Assembly (NCBI GenBank): GCA_021814545.1
Contig: JAKAID010000001.1
Span: 107,910 to 171,909 of the forward strand
DNA length: 64,000 nucleotides
Direction: 5' to 3'
Origin: a bacterium
Lineage (GTDB): Bacteria; Patescibacteriota; Minisyncoccia; UBA6257; GWB1-50-10
The position numbers and the translations under genes were made by a program. This document shows, piece by piece, positions 9,494-19,419 of the stretch (the stretch's first letter is position 1; each line of letters starts with the position of its first letter). The notes under the pieces are model-generated. The model had not been told where the DNA came from. It saw only the letters and a program-made list of their open reading frames with translations, and searched no databases.

Positions 9494-10834
9494 TTACACC
9501 GCGCGAAGCCCGCGTATCTTCGCGGCAAGCTCTTTCCGCTTTACCTCTTCTTGGGTGCGTTTTTCCATGTCCTTTACGATAACGACCTTCTTCTCGCGTT
9601 CGGGTGAACCCATAATAAGCACGATGGGAATTTCCGTAGAAACCGCATACGAGAGCTGTGCCTTGAGGTTGCGTTCGTCTCCCGCGTAAAGTTCTGCGCG
9701 TATATTTTGCGTACGGAGCTCGTGAACGATTTCTAAGAGGTCTCTTGTGCACGACTCATCAATGTTGAGCGCCATCACCTCGGTTACCGTCTTTTTTCTT
9801 TTAATGAGCCCGAGCTGCTCCATTGCGGCAAAAAGACGATCGATGCCCACTGATGCCCCCACCGCGGGGATACTCATTCCGCCAAACCGTTCCACGAGAT
9901 TGTCGTACCTTCCTCCAGAAAACACGCTGCCGATATTAGGAAGCCCCGTAAGCACGGTCTCGAATATCGTGCCCGTGTAGTAGCTTAAGCCGCGCGCGAC
10001 CGAGGGGTCGATGGCCCAAGCGGTTTCTGGCACGCCAAGACGCGCTACGTACTCTGTAACTTCCTTCAATTCGTTCACTCCCTGTTCGGCGGAAGCTATT
10101 CCCTTCGTTAGCTTTTCGATTTCTTCGAGGGTTTCTTTTGCACTATGTTTTTTTACGCCCACAAAATGCTTTATCTTTCCGACCGCTTCGTCATCAAGGA
10201 ATGCGCCCTTCTCGCTCTTCAGTTCTTTCGCCACCTCGTCCCAGGAGAGTTTGTCGAGCTTGTCCAGCGCGCGGAGCACCGGCTCAATTTTCCATGTATC
10301 GAACCCCGCATATTCGGGGAGGCCATTCAGTATCTTTCGGTTGTTCACGCGAATGAGAAAACCGGAGATGCCAAGCTCATTCATCACCGCGTTCATGAGC
10401 GCAATTATCTCTGCGTCCGCAATACGCGAGCGCGCGCCCACGATATCCGCATCGCACTGGAGAAATTCCCGGTAACGCCCGGCTTGCGGCCGCTCGCCGC
10501 GCCATACCTTGCCGCATTCATATCGCTTGAACGGACGTTTTATCCCGATTATATTCGCTGCGACTGCGCGGGCAAGAGGCACCGTGAGGTCGAATCGAAG
10601 CGAGAGCTCGTTCTCGTCGCCCCCTTGGGACGCAACGCCATATATCTGCTTTTTGAAATGCGGGTCGCCGCCGGTCAGTACATCGGTACGTTCCACGTTC
10701 GCCGTATCAAGCGGCGCAAATCCGTAGCGCTCGAAGACGCGCCGTACGGTATCAATAAGTGCCTGGCGCGGGACCATATCTTCTGGAAGATAATCCCGGA
10801 ATCCTCCCGGGAGTTTCGGCTCGATGTGTGCCAT
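9494..10834 (-). CDS. hisS: Histidine--tRNA ligase
   Basis: GFRDYLP, LRFDLTVPLAR, GRYREFLQCD, RGLSYYTG, GGRYDNL. Confidence 0.97.
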   Translation of the reverse strand: MAHIEPKLPGGFRDYLPEDMVPRQALIDTVRRVFERYGFAPLDTANVERTDVLTGGDPHFKKQIYGVASQGGDENELSLRFDLTVPLARAVAANIIGIKRPFKRYECGKVWRGERPQAGRYREFLQCDADIVGARSRIADAEIIALMNAVMNELGISGFLIRVNNRKILNGLPEYAGFDTWKIEPVLRALDKLDKLSWDEVAKELKSEKGAFLDDEAVGKIKHFVGVKKHSAKETLEEIEKLTKGIASAEQGVNELKEVTEYVARLGVPETAWAIDPSVARGLSYYTGTIFETVLTGLPNIGSVFSGGRYDNLVERFGGMSIPAVGASVGIDRLFAAMEQLGLIKRKKTVTEVMALNIDESCTRDLLEIVHELRTQNIRAELYAGDERNLKAQLSYAVSTEIPIVLIMGSPEREKKVVIVKDMEKRTQEEVKRKELAAKIRGLRAV

Positions 10835-10906
10835 ATCTATAAGTATGCAACATTGAATATATTTTTTGAAGTACAAAAACCCGCACATTATGTGCGGGTC
10901 TTCCCT

Positions 10907-11617
10907 TCAGCGCTTCGCGATATCCGCAGTCTTGCGAATGGCGCTTGCGAGCGCGAACGGCGTTGCGAACATGAAGAATGTAGAGGCGAGCCCCACGAAG
11001 TTCAACGTGAGGAAACTCATGCCGAACACTTCGAGCGTGAACTTAGTTTTGCCATAAATGTTCGCGGTAAGCTTCGTTTCGCGCCTCATCTTCCCCCTGT
11101 GTATCGCGTACACCGCCGCGATGACGATGACGAGGAGCCATGCCTCTATCGTGAGAAGGAGCGCAATGGCCGGCCAATGCAACCGACCGATGTCCGGGAG
11201 CACGATGAACATGAGCGCAAACTTGTCACAGATGGGGTCCAAAATTTCACCGAAGCGGGTGTGGCCGTCGAGCAGCGCCCACGCGCCATCGAGCTTGTCC
11301 GTGAGCATCGCGACCGCAAAAACGGTGGCGACTATCCAGGTTGGCACGCCATAGAGCCGCATGGGCATGATGATGAGTGCGAGGATCGGCCGCAACACCG
11401 AGAGAAGGTTCGGCACGGTGACCACCTCTTCCCCCGCAATCCTGAAATTCAGGATGCGCGCAATACGTCTTGCGCGCACAGAATCTCGCCGCGCCTTGTG
11501 ATACTGCATCCACGCCCTCACCCGCGGCACGATGCCTGCAAGCCGGGTGTTCACGGCAGCATTCACGCCGTTGTAGACGCGCGTAAGCGCGCTCTCAAGC
11601 TCCAACACTATTGCCAT
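10907..11617 (-). CDS. CDP-alcohol phosphatidyltransferase (PgsA-like)
   Basis: PNLLSVLR and DKLDGAWA...FGEILDPICDK signature. Confidence 0.85.
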   Translation of the reverse strand: MAIVLELESALTRVYNGVNAAVNTRLAGIVPRVRAWMQYHKARRDSVRARRIARILNFRIAGEEVVTVPNLLSVLRPILALIIMPMRLYGVPTWIVATVFAVAMLTDKLDGAWALLDGHTRFGEILDPICDKFALMFIVLPDIGRLHWPAIALLLTIEAWLLVIVIAAVYAIHRGKMRRETKLTANIYGKTKFTLEVFGMSFLTLNFVGLASTFFMFATPFALASAIRKTADIAKR

Positions 11618-11692
11618 GCGCCTTTCCTCAATTCTTTTGTGGGTTAAACAGCTATGCGGGAGCTTAACGGTTTCCCCGATGCGCGTCAATTT

Positions 11693-11766
11693 TGGTGCGG
11701 GATACGGGAATCGAACCCGTGCATCTTGCTTGGGAAGCAAGCGTACTGCCACTGTACTAATCCCGC
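11693..11766 (-). tRNA. tRNA-Gly(CCC), CCA encoded
   Basis: GCGGGAT acceptor, anticodon arm CTTGC-TTCCCAA-GCAAG, GTTCGATTC T loop, ACCA end. Confidence 0.96.
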
Positions 11767-12048
11767 CTATGGCGTTGTGCTCGCAGTTTCAGGGACGACG
11801 ATTATCATCTGCTCGCCGTCAGCCTTGTAATTAAAGCGCGCCTTTGAGACCTTAAGCAGGTTCGCAGGATTTTTGTAATACTCGATATCCCGCTTGAGGC
11901 CGTCATTCTCATCGCTCAGTTTTTTAACCGCCGCCGAAAGCTCTCCTATTTCAGCGACTGCCCCATTCCGTTGCTCGAGCAGAGTATACCCCGTCACCCC
12001 AAGCAGCGCAACGAGTACAAGGATAATGGCCCATCTCTGAATATTCAT
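11767..12048 (-). CDS. Septum formation initiator (FtsB/DivIC-like)
   Basis: TM plus coiled coil plus KARFNYKADGEQMIIV. Confidence 0.7.
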   Translation of the reverse strand: MNIQRWAIILVLVALLGVTGYTLLEQRNGAVAEIGELSAAVKKLSDENDGLKRDIEYYKNPANLLKVSKARFNYKADGEQMIIVVPETASTTP

Positions 12049-12281
12049 GCTTCCGCGTGATAGAGATCGTTGCTGATATGTTTCGCCCACACGACCAAGA
12101 AAAGCGTAACGAGAAGGTGTACTACCACAATGACCTGTTTTGATGCGTAGAGCGTTACCGTGAACGAAGGAATGAACTCGATAATGCCATAGATGATGAC
12201 GAGCTCGGCGATAAATTGCGCGAGAATAAAAATGATTGAGGTAAGAAAAAGCGCGATTTGCTCCTTCAATTTCGGCGTCAT
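12045..12281 (-). CDS. Small two-TM hypothetical protein
   Basis: TATAAT 6 nt before the ATG; ATGA overlap with the next gene. Confidence 0.65.
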   Translation of the reverse strand: MTPKLKEQIALFLTSIIFILAQFIAELVIIYGIIEFIPSFTVTLYASKQVIVVVHLLVTLFLVVWAKHISNDLYHAEA

Positions 12282-12313
12282 AGAACCATTATAGCGGATT
12301 TCTTGCGCGGAAC

Positions 12314-14137
12314 CTAACGTTTGAGGAGCTCTTTAAATACTTCCGGGGCGATCTGCACCTGCGCCCGTTCGGCAAGTTTCTTCTTGCCGCGCTGCTGCTT
12401 TTTCCAAAGCTTCATTTTGCGCGTACGGTCGCCGCCATAGAGGTAGCCGGTAACGTCTTTGCGCATCGCAGCGATATCGTCTCGCGCGATTATCTTCCCC
12501 TCTGCCTGCGCCTGAATAGGCTGGCTCCACTGCTGGCGCGGCAGGTGTGCCTTGAGTTTTTCCACCATTGTACGCGCCTCACGCTCGATGCCGTCTTTGG
12601 GGAGGAAGCGGCTCAGGCCCGGCACGAGTTCGTGCGAGAGGAGCACATCAACGCGCGCCACATCGGCGCGGACATATTCCTCGAAATCGTACGCGAACGA
12701 GGCCATGCCCTTCGTTGCCGACTTTATCTGGTCATCGAAGTCACTCACGAGTTCGGAGAGCGGCATGCGGGTGATAAGGCGCACCCGGTCACCCAAGGTT
12801 TCCGTATGTAAATCGGAGAAGCGGAATTTTTTCTGGAGCGCTAATACGCTCGAAAGATATTCGTTCGGGAGGATGATGTCCACTTTGATGACGGGCTCCC
12901 ATATCTCGTCGTATTCGTGCGGCAATTCTTCCGGTTTTACGATGGTGAGCCATTCGCTTCCCCTCTTTACGCGGTAGAGCACTGAAGGGAAGGTGTTCAC
13001 GGTAGGCACGTTGAATTCGCGGCGAAGGCGCTCCGCGGTTATCTCGAAATGGAGGCGCCCCAAAAAGCCCACCTTGAACCCGCGCCCGAGTACTTCGTTC
13101 TGATCGGGCTCGATGTGGAGCGCGGAATCGTTCAGCTTCAATTTTTGCAAGCCCTTAGCGAGGAGCTCGTAGTCATCGCTCTCTTCCGGATAGAACGAAA
13201 CGAACACGACTGGCATTGCTTCCTTGTAACCATGGAGCGCGAGTGAGGTGGGGTCTTTGATGTGTTTCCCCGCAAGCACGGTATCACCAATGCGTATTTT
13301 TTCTGGGTCACGGATGCCCGTCGCAATATAGCCTATCTCGCCAGCGGTCAATGCGCCCGTCGCCGTGGGGAGCGCCACAAGTTGTGGCGTGAAGTGGCCG
13401 ATTTCCTTGATGCGCGACGTAGTGTTCGTCGCGACGAGGTGAATTTCTCCCTCGCCGCCCACCACTCCATCGAACATGCGCACGGAGGCGACCACCCCCT
13501 TGTGGTCGTCATAAAAAGAATCAAATACGAGCGCGCGGCCCACCTCCAATTCCGAGCGGCGGGGCGCGGGCACCCTGTCTATCATTGCCTCAAGCAGCTC
13601 CCTCACCCCCTCGCCTGTTTTCCCCGAAACGTGGCGTATTTCGGCAACAGGCACGCCGATGAGGCTTGCGAGGTCTTCGCGAATACGCACGAGGCGCTCA
13701 TTCCCGAGGTCTATCTCCCCCTTTTCGTTCTTGAAAAAATCTACTTTGTTCAGCGCCCCTACGACCGTAAGGCCCGCCGCTTTTGCGAGGCGGTGGTTCG
13801 CGAGTGTTTGTGCCTGGATACCCTGCGTCGCATCCACCAAAAGCACTGCCCCCTCGACCGCATAGAGGGCGCGAGAAACTTCGTATGAAAAATCCGAGTG
13901 CCCCGGCGTGTCGATGAGGTTCAAAATATATTCGGCGCCCCCGTACGCGTATCGCATGCGCACCGGCGCCATTTTTATGGTAATGCCGCGTTCGCGTTCA
14001 AGTTCAAGCTGGTCGAGATACTGCTCCTTCATTTTTCTCTTCTCCACCGTCCCCGTGACCTCCAAAAAACGATCGGCAAGCGTGCTCTTGCCGTGATCTA
14101 CATGGGCGATAATGACGAAGTTCCTGATTTGTTTCAT
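12314..14137 (-). CDS. lepA: Elongation factor 4 (LepA)
   Basis: IRNFVIIAHVDHGKSTLAD, DTPGH, GFLGRLH, RKDVTGYLYGGDRTRKMKL. Confidence 0.97.
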   Translation of the reverse strand: MKQIRNFVIIAHVDHGKSTLADRFLEVTGTVEKRKMKEQYLDQLELERERGITIKMAPVRMRYAYGGAEYILNLIDTPGHSDFSYEVSRALYAVEGAVLLVDATQGIQAQTLANHRLAKAAGLTVVGALNKVDFFKNEKGEIDLGNERLVRIREDLASLIGVPVAEIRHVSGKTGEGVRELLEAMIDRVPAPRRSELEVGRALVFDSFYDDHKGVVASVRMFDGVVGGEGEIHLVATNTTSRIKEIGHFTPQLVALPTATGALTAGEIGYIATGIRDPEKIRIGDTVLAGKHIKDPTSLALHGYKEAMPVVFVSFYPEESDDYELLAKGLQKLKLNDSALHIEPDQNEVLGRGFKVGFLGRLHFEITAERLRREFNVPTVNTFPSVLYRVKRGSEWLTIVKPEELPHEYDEIWEPVIKVDIILPNEYLSSVLALQKKFRFSDLHTETLGDRVRLITRMPLSELVSDFDDQIKSATKGMASFAYDFEEYVRADVARVDVLLSHELVPGLSRFLPKDGIEREARTMVEKLKAHLPRQQWSQPIQAQAEGKIIARDDIAAMRKDVTGYLYGGDRTRKMKLWKKQQRGKKKLAERAQVQIAPEVFKELLKR

Positions 14138-16239
14138 TGTCGTGCGAGGGTAAGCGTGATATCGATTTTACCGTCGATGTCCGCATTCGTGTAGGAATAG
14201 GTCGGCGTACCGGACTCTTTCCATACGAAGCCGATGGGGGCATTTATTGTTGCAGAAAGCGCCGTGGGTACCCCTGACTGGCGTTCATAGATGAAGCGAT
14301 ACGACGAACCCTCATCTATTGAAGTATGAGCAGTATTGTCCGTATGGTACCGCATCGTCAAGGCGCCCGATTTGCCCGCAGGGATATTGAACCATGTCGC
14401 GAATGCGGTTTTCCCAAACTCTTCCATGACCCAGGCGTTCATGCCGGCGAGCGCCACCCGGCTCCCGTCTATTGCCGCAAGGTCAGGGTTCGCCGTGTAG
14501 CCGCCCGTCTCATAGTTGAACGTAGGGATTATTTTTTTCACGGAGTTACCGCTCATTGATACGAGTTTGGAGCCCGGGTTTGCAAGCACCTGGATAAAAT
14601 TCTTGTTCTCCGTGTTCCACCACGGGTCCTTTTTGCCGCCCCCTTTGTGATCGCGCGTTATGGTGAGGTCGGTAAGCGACGCGCCTGCGGTGTCCACGTT
14701 TATCGTTGCGGTGACCGATTGTGCGACGAGCGCATCAGTTTTCCCACCCGCTACGTTCGCATCAACGACCGCAAGGTAGCTTCCTTCGAAATCTTGCGAG
14801 AGTTCGTGCACGGCACCCCCCATGCCTGCATCAAGAATGTAGCGCATGAGTGCGGGGTCTTTCGCGTAGAACATAATATCCTTCTTCGCGATACGTTCAC
14901 CGAGCTCTTTAATGAATGCGCGTTGCGCATCGGGCCCGAGCTCCTTCATTTTTTCGAGCAGGAGCGGCGCCAAAACCTTCAATATTTTTTTCGGATGTCC
15001 TGCGGCCTTATCCTTGCCCGCTTCCACCTCTCGCTGCACCTCGGCCAGGAAATTATTTTGGTCGATGATGAGTTTATATTCGGGGAGTTCAATGGGGCCG
15101 GTTGCTTCGAGCATGCTCTGCATGACCGGAATGTTTATCGCAATCGCACCGTCGAAGGTGATACCTTTCTCTGCGTACATGCGCGATGCCTCAAGGAAGT
15201 TCACGACTGTTTTTGCGGAGGTCGGAAAATCGAAGAACCAGTTCGCATCGCGCGCGCCCCAATTTTCACTCACCGTTTGCAGTTGATAGGGCGGTATCAC
15301 CTTGTCGAGGAACCAGCCGTCCGGGTCATAAATATCCCGAACGTCGATATTTTTCATCACTCCCTGCCCTATCGTCACATCCGCATAGCTGCCGATAAAG
15401 CCGCCGCCGGGGCGTATTTCTGCGGGATTCTGAAAAAGAAAGAGGATGTGGCGGTCGGCATCGGTATTGAGAAGCCCTATGAGCTGGCCGAGGAAGGCGT
15501 CGGCACGGTAGAGGTCGGCGCTGTGCGTGACATATTTGGAGCCTATCGCGTCATCGATAGAATTAAAGTATGAAGAAACAAGGCGGAGATTCGCGGTGGC
15601 GTTCTTTGCTGTTCGCGCTTCGTCGATGATGGCGCGTATCGCGCTCCGCACGCCGGTGAGCTCAGCGAGGAACGCGGGGCCGTTCGACTGGAAATCGGAA
15701 AACCCGTGCTGTTTTAACTCAACCGTCGCCTCCGCAAGACGCAAAAAATAGACATTGAGAAGCGTTACGGAACGGAGAAGCGCGTTCCCCTCTTTAAATG
15801 CGGGGATAATACTGCCGAGTATCCCCATTACTCCATCTGCGTGGCTCCGCGCGAGAACCGCATTCACCTTTCCAAGCTCTGCCGCATTGTCCTTTAGCGC
15901 CGCCGCCGCGCGTTCGGGGTCGAGGTCTTGGAGTGCATCAACCGAGTGCGTAAAATTCGCGCTTATCTTCGCGCTGGAATTCTGGAGAAGCTCTTTTGCA
16001 CTCACGAGCGTATACGCATTCCATGCGCCGAATATGAGGATGATGAGAAACGCACTTCCCAAAAATACCTTGAGGAAAAGTCCGATGTCCTTCGCGATAT
16101 GCGAATTGCGCAGAGGAGCTTTTCTCAAATTCAGCGTAGTGTTGTGCGCTGACCACGAGTAATTCATGTGGGGATTTTTCACGTCCACCATCATCGGGTC
16201 GATATTCTTTTTCGGTACGTGCTCTCGAGTATTTGTCAC
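14134..16239 (-). CDS. DUF4012 domain membrane protein
   Basis: FQNPAEIRPGGGFIGSY, RDANWFFDFPTSA, DANVAGGKTD. Confidence 0.85.
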   Translation of the reverse strand: MTNTREHVPKKNIDPMMVDVKNPHMNYSWSAHNTTLNLRKAPLRNSHIAKDIGLFLKVFLGSAFLIILIFGAWNAYTLVSAKELLQNSSAKISANFTHSVDALQDLDPERAAAALKDNAAELGKVNAVLARSHADGVMGILGSIIPAFKEGNALLRSVTLLNVYFLRLAEATVELKQHGFSDFQSNGPAFLAELTGVRSAIRAIIDEARTAKNATANLRLVSSYFNSIDDAIGSKYVTHSADLYRADAFLGQLIGLLNTDADRHILFLFQNPAEIRPGGGFIGSYADVTIGQGVMKNIDVRDIYDPDGWFLDKVIPPYQLQTVSENWGARDANWFFDFPTSAKTVVNFLEASRMYAEKGITFDGAIAINIPVMQSMLEATGPIELPEYKLIIDQNNFLAEVQREVEAGKDKAAGHPKKILKVLAPLLLEKMKELGPDAQRAFIKELGERIAKKDIMFYAKDPALMRYILDAGMGGAVHELSQDFEGSYLAVVDANVAGGKTDALVAQSVTATINVDTAGASLTDLTITRDHKGGGKKDPWWNTENKNFIQVLANPGSKLVSMSGNSVKKIIPTFNYETGGYTANPDLAAIDGSRVALAGMNAWVMEEFGKTAFATWFNIPAGKSGALTMRYHTDNTAHTSIDEGSSYRFIYERQSGVPTALSATINAPIGFVWKESGTPTYSYTNADIDGKIDITLTLARQ

Positions 16240-17372
16240 GATAGTTCAGAAAAAATGTTGCGGAGCGAACGGGCTGCAGCCTTCCACGTGAAGCGCTTCA
16301 CGTTCTCGCTCCCTTTGTTAATAAGACGCTCTTTCAAAGCGCTTCCTTTCAAGAGCATGCGTATCGCATCGGCGAGTTCTCCCACCTTCCACGGGTCTAC
16401 CAGGAGCGCGGAATCCCGCACTATTTCTGGCAGCGAGGAGCGATTCGAAGTAATTACCGACGTTCCGCATGCCTGCGCCTCGAGCGGCGGGAATCCGAAC
16501 CCTTCAAAAAACGAGGGGTACACGAATGCCTCGGCAAGATTGTAGAGTATGCGCAGCTCTTCATGCGACGCCTCGCCCCAAAATATAATATCGTCTTTCC
16601 ATTTCGCCCGCGCGGCGTCTCTAAAAATTGTATCACACAGCCAGCCCCGCTTCCCCGCAATTACGAGGCGCAATTCTCTTAAATAGGGGTCGCTTTTCAC
16701 CACGTCGAACGCGCGTATGAGCCCCGAGATGTTCTTCCTCGGCTCGAGCGTTCCCACGAAGAGCAAAAAGGGGCGTGCAAGGCGCCAGTCGCGCATCATT
16801 GCCACATGTTTCGGGTCATCCGGCGCGAGCTTTCGGTAAAACGGATTCACCCCCGAATACACCGTGCGCACCTTTGTTTCGTGAAGTCCGAACGCGCTCA
16901 TAAGGTCGCGCCGCGTAAATTCCGATACTGCGACAAGCATATCCGCTTCGCGCGCCTGAGTCTTATAACCCTGAAGCCAGTGCCAAAATCGCTTCCGCGC
17001 AGGATAGAATTCCGGAAAATGGAGGAAGGAGAGGTCGTGAAAGGTAATGACCCGTTTTGCAGTACGCGGCTTGGGAAGCGCGTTGAAGTGCGGACTGAAC
17101 ACCACGTCCGCATCACGCGGTTCGATGTGCGGCATACCAAGCAGGCGTATCGACGCATCAAGAAACCTATTAGGAATGCCCCACACGCGCACGGACGTAT
17201 TCTCGCGTATCCAGTTTTCGGGGAGTGGTGCGCGGGAGAGGCCGCTCGAGAAGAATTCGTATTGGTCTCCCGTATTTTCCTGAAGGAGCGCATCCACCAT
17301 GTGGCGCGTATATTCCTCTACTCCCGAAACGTTGCCCCTCCCCAGAACGCGCGTATCAACGACTATTTTCAT
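16236..17372 (-). CDS. Glycosyltransferase family 4
   Basis: GTLEPRKN, PSFFEGFGFPPLEAQACG, SSLPEI. Confidence 0.93.
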   Translation of the reverse strand: MKIVVDTRVLGRGNVSGVEEYTRHMVDALLQENTGDQYEFFSSGLSRAPLPENWIRENTSVRVWGIPNRFLDASIRLLGMPHIEPRDADVVFSPHFNALPKPRTAKRVITFHDLSFLHFPEFYPARKRFWHWLQGYKTQAREADMLVAVSEFTRRDLMSAFGLHETKVRTVYSGVNPFYRKLAPDDPKHVAMMRDWRLARPFLLFVGTLEPRKNISGLIRAFDVVKSDPYLRELRLVIAGKRGWLCDTIFRDAARAKWKDDIIFWGEASHEELRILYNLAEAFVYPSFFEGFGFPPLEAQACGTSVITSNRSSLPEIVRDSALLVDPWKVGELADAIRMLLKGSALKERLINKGSENVKRFTWKAAARSLRNIFSELS

Positions 17373-17379
17373 ACGGGAT

Positions 17380-18483
17380 TCATGCGACGTGAGAGAACCC
17401 GAGCGAGCGCACGACGTCGCGCAGGGCACGTACGAACTTCTCCTTCGAAAAACGCTGCGCTTCGCGCGCGATGGCTTTTCTGTCGAACGACATGGCCTCG
17501 AACTCCCGCACGGCCGACTCTATCGCCTCCGGCGTCTGTTCGTTGAACAAGAGACCGGTGCGTTTATGTGTTACTATCTCCCCTCCGCCCCCCACGCGAT
17601 ACGCGAGCACCGGGAGACCGCATGCCTGCGCCTCGGCCGCCACGAGACCGAAGTCTTCGATTTGCGGGAAAATGAGCGCCTTCGCGTTCGAGTAGAGTTT
17701 TCGGAGCTCTGCATCGGAAATGTCGGTCAAAAATTCTATCTTTCCCGAATTCGCAAGCGCGCGCAGCTTTGCCGCTTCCGGGCCCGCACCTACTATCTTC
17801 AATGGTTTTTTAAGCTTATTAAACGCTTTTATTGCGATATCGAACCCTTTGTAATAGAGCAGGCGGCCCGCCATAAGGTAGTAATCGCCACCCTTGCCGT
17901 CCATTTCGGGGTAGAACACGTCGGTCGCAACGGGTGGATGAATAACCTGCGCCTCGCGCCAATAGTATGAACGCACCTTGTCGGCGATGTACTTCGAGTT
18001 CGCTACAAATACGTTCACGTGCGTCGACGCGTGCACGTCCCATTTCCGCAGCCAGCCCGCAATAGGGCTTATCACGAATTCTTTGAGCATCCACGGCGCG
18101 AATGAGAGGTTCTTCAGATACTCTATCTCCCACGCGTAACGGAGCGGGCTGTGGCAATAGCAAATGTGGTAGGTACCTTTTACATGGAACCCCTTCGCAT
18201 ACCCGGCAGTCGAGGAAATAATGAGGTCGTAGTGCTCATCGCTTGTGACGAGGTCTGACGCAAGGGGCATGAGAGGAATGAACGCGCGGTGCTTCCGGCG
18301 CACGAGCGGTATATCAAGAAAGCTTGTCTTTTTTATATTCCGTTCAAAAATGCCGAACGTGCGGTCGCGGTCGTAGAGCAGCGTATAAATGTCCGCATCA
18401 GGGAACACTTCAAGCATCGTCTGGAGCACGCGTTCCGCGCCCCCGAACTGATTCAGATAATCATGTAGTATCGCGACCCGCAT
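17380..18483 (-). CDS. Glycosyltransferase family 4 (WbaZ-like)
   Basis: HDYLNQFGGAERVL, YCHSPLRYAW, EDFGLVAAEAQACG. Confidence 0.92.
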   Translation of the reverse strand: MRVAILHDYLNQFGGAERVLQTMLEVFPDADIYTLLYDRDRTFGIFERNIKKTSFLDIPLVRRKHRAFIPLMPLASDLVTSDEHYDLIISSTAGYAKGFHVKGTYHICYCHSPLRYAWEIEYLKNLSFAPWMLKEFVISPIAGWLRKWDVHASTHVNVFVANSKYIADKVRSYYWREAQVIHPPVATDVFYPEMDGKGGDYYLMAGRLLYYKGFDIAIKAFNKLKKPLKIVGAGPEAAKLRALANSGKIEFLTDISDAELRKLYSNAKALIFPQIEDFGLVAAEAQACGLPVLAYRVGGGGEIVTHKRTGLLFNEQTPEAIESAVREFEAMSFDRKAIAREAQRFSKEKFVRALRDVVRSLGFSHVA

Positions 18484-18534
18484 TCCCCTCATCATACCCG
18501 CGACCGCGCGCGAGCACAATAAATTGCAGCACCA

Positions 18535-19122
18535 TTACACGCCGGTGGGGTCGAAAAACAGTATCCACACCGTGCGGAATAATATCGAAGCGTCGAGCAG
18601 GAGCGAACGGTGCTCTACGTAATATTTATCGAGTTCCAATTCTTTCTTGAACGGCAAACTCGACGCCCCGCTCACCTGCGAGAGGCCGGTAAGCCCCGCC
18701 CTTGCGAGCGAAAGCGACTTGAATTCTTTCGGATACTGCGCAAGCTCTCCCGGCTCGTGCGGACGCGGGCCGACCATCGAAAGGTCGCCCATGAGCACAT
18801 TCACGAATTGAGGGAATTCATCGATGCGGAACTTGCGGAGCACTTTCCCCACCCGCGTGAGGCGCGGGTCATTTTTTATCTTGAAGAGTGGGCCGTCTTT
18901 CCGTTCGTTTAAGGGCTGAAGGCCGCACTTCATCGCGTGCGCGCCCCGCACCATAGAGCGAAATTTGAATACGCGAATGCGTTTTCCGCCGCTCACCCGC
19001 TCGAGCGCCACGAACACAGGGAAGCCGCTCTCAAGCACGATGGCGGCCCCTACGAACGGCGTCACCGCCGCAAGGAGCGCTATCCCCAGGAGTGCCCCCA
19101 GTATGTCGAATACGCGCTTCAT
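18535..19122 (-). CDS. Small monotopic phosphoglycosyl (priming sugar) transferase
   Basis: KRVFDI, FKFRSM, DPRLTRVG..LRKFRIDEFPQ, MSMVGPRP-like LSMVGPRP, GLTGLSQV. Confidence 0.93.
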   Translation of the reverse strand: MKRVFDILGALLGIALLAAVTPFVGAAIVLESGFPVFVALERVSGGKRIRVFKFRSMVRGAHAMKCGLQPLNERKDGPLFKIKNDPRLTRVGKVLRKFRIDEFPQFVNVLMGDLSMVGPRPHEPGELAQYPKEFKSLSLARAGLTGLSQVSGASSLPFKKELELDKYYVEHRSLLLDASILFRTVWILFFDPTGV

Positions 19123-19143
19123 CACCTCATGTATAATACTATT

Positions 19144-19419
19144 ATGGAAGGAAAAGACTACCTCATGGAATTTTACGGGGAAGAATGCCCCCACTGTGAA
19201 AAAATGAAGCCGCTCGTCGAGCAGCTTGAGCGCGAATTGGATATCACGGTCGCAAAATACGAGGTGTGGCACAACGACACGAACCGCGAAATGATGACGA
19301 AGCTCGACGTCGAACGTTGTGATGGGGTGCCCTTCTTTTATAATACGCGCTCGAAGCGTTCTATCTGCGGCGAGGCAGAATACGCCGACCTTCTCGCGTG
19401 GGCCTCTGCCGAGCAGTAA
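19144..19419 (+). CDS. Thioredoxin-fold protein
   Basis: FYGEECPHCEKM (CxxC) and cis-Pro motif GVPFF. Confidence 0.85.
   Translation: MEGKDYLMEFYGEECPHCEKMKPLVEQLERELDITVAKYEVWHNDTNREMMTKLDVERCDGVPFFYNTRSKRSICGEAEYADLLAWASAEQ

Noticed and set aside
10145-11647. 500-aa plus-strand ORF and many other long antisense ORFs (e.g. 14647-15573, 30414-31271, 56633-57529)
   Set aside because: They are shadows of well-supported genes on the opposite strand and have no motifs or start signals
11618-11752. N-terminal extension of the PgsA-like ORF
   Set aside because: It overlaps tRNA-Gly and the gene's own promoter; the SD supports ATG 11617
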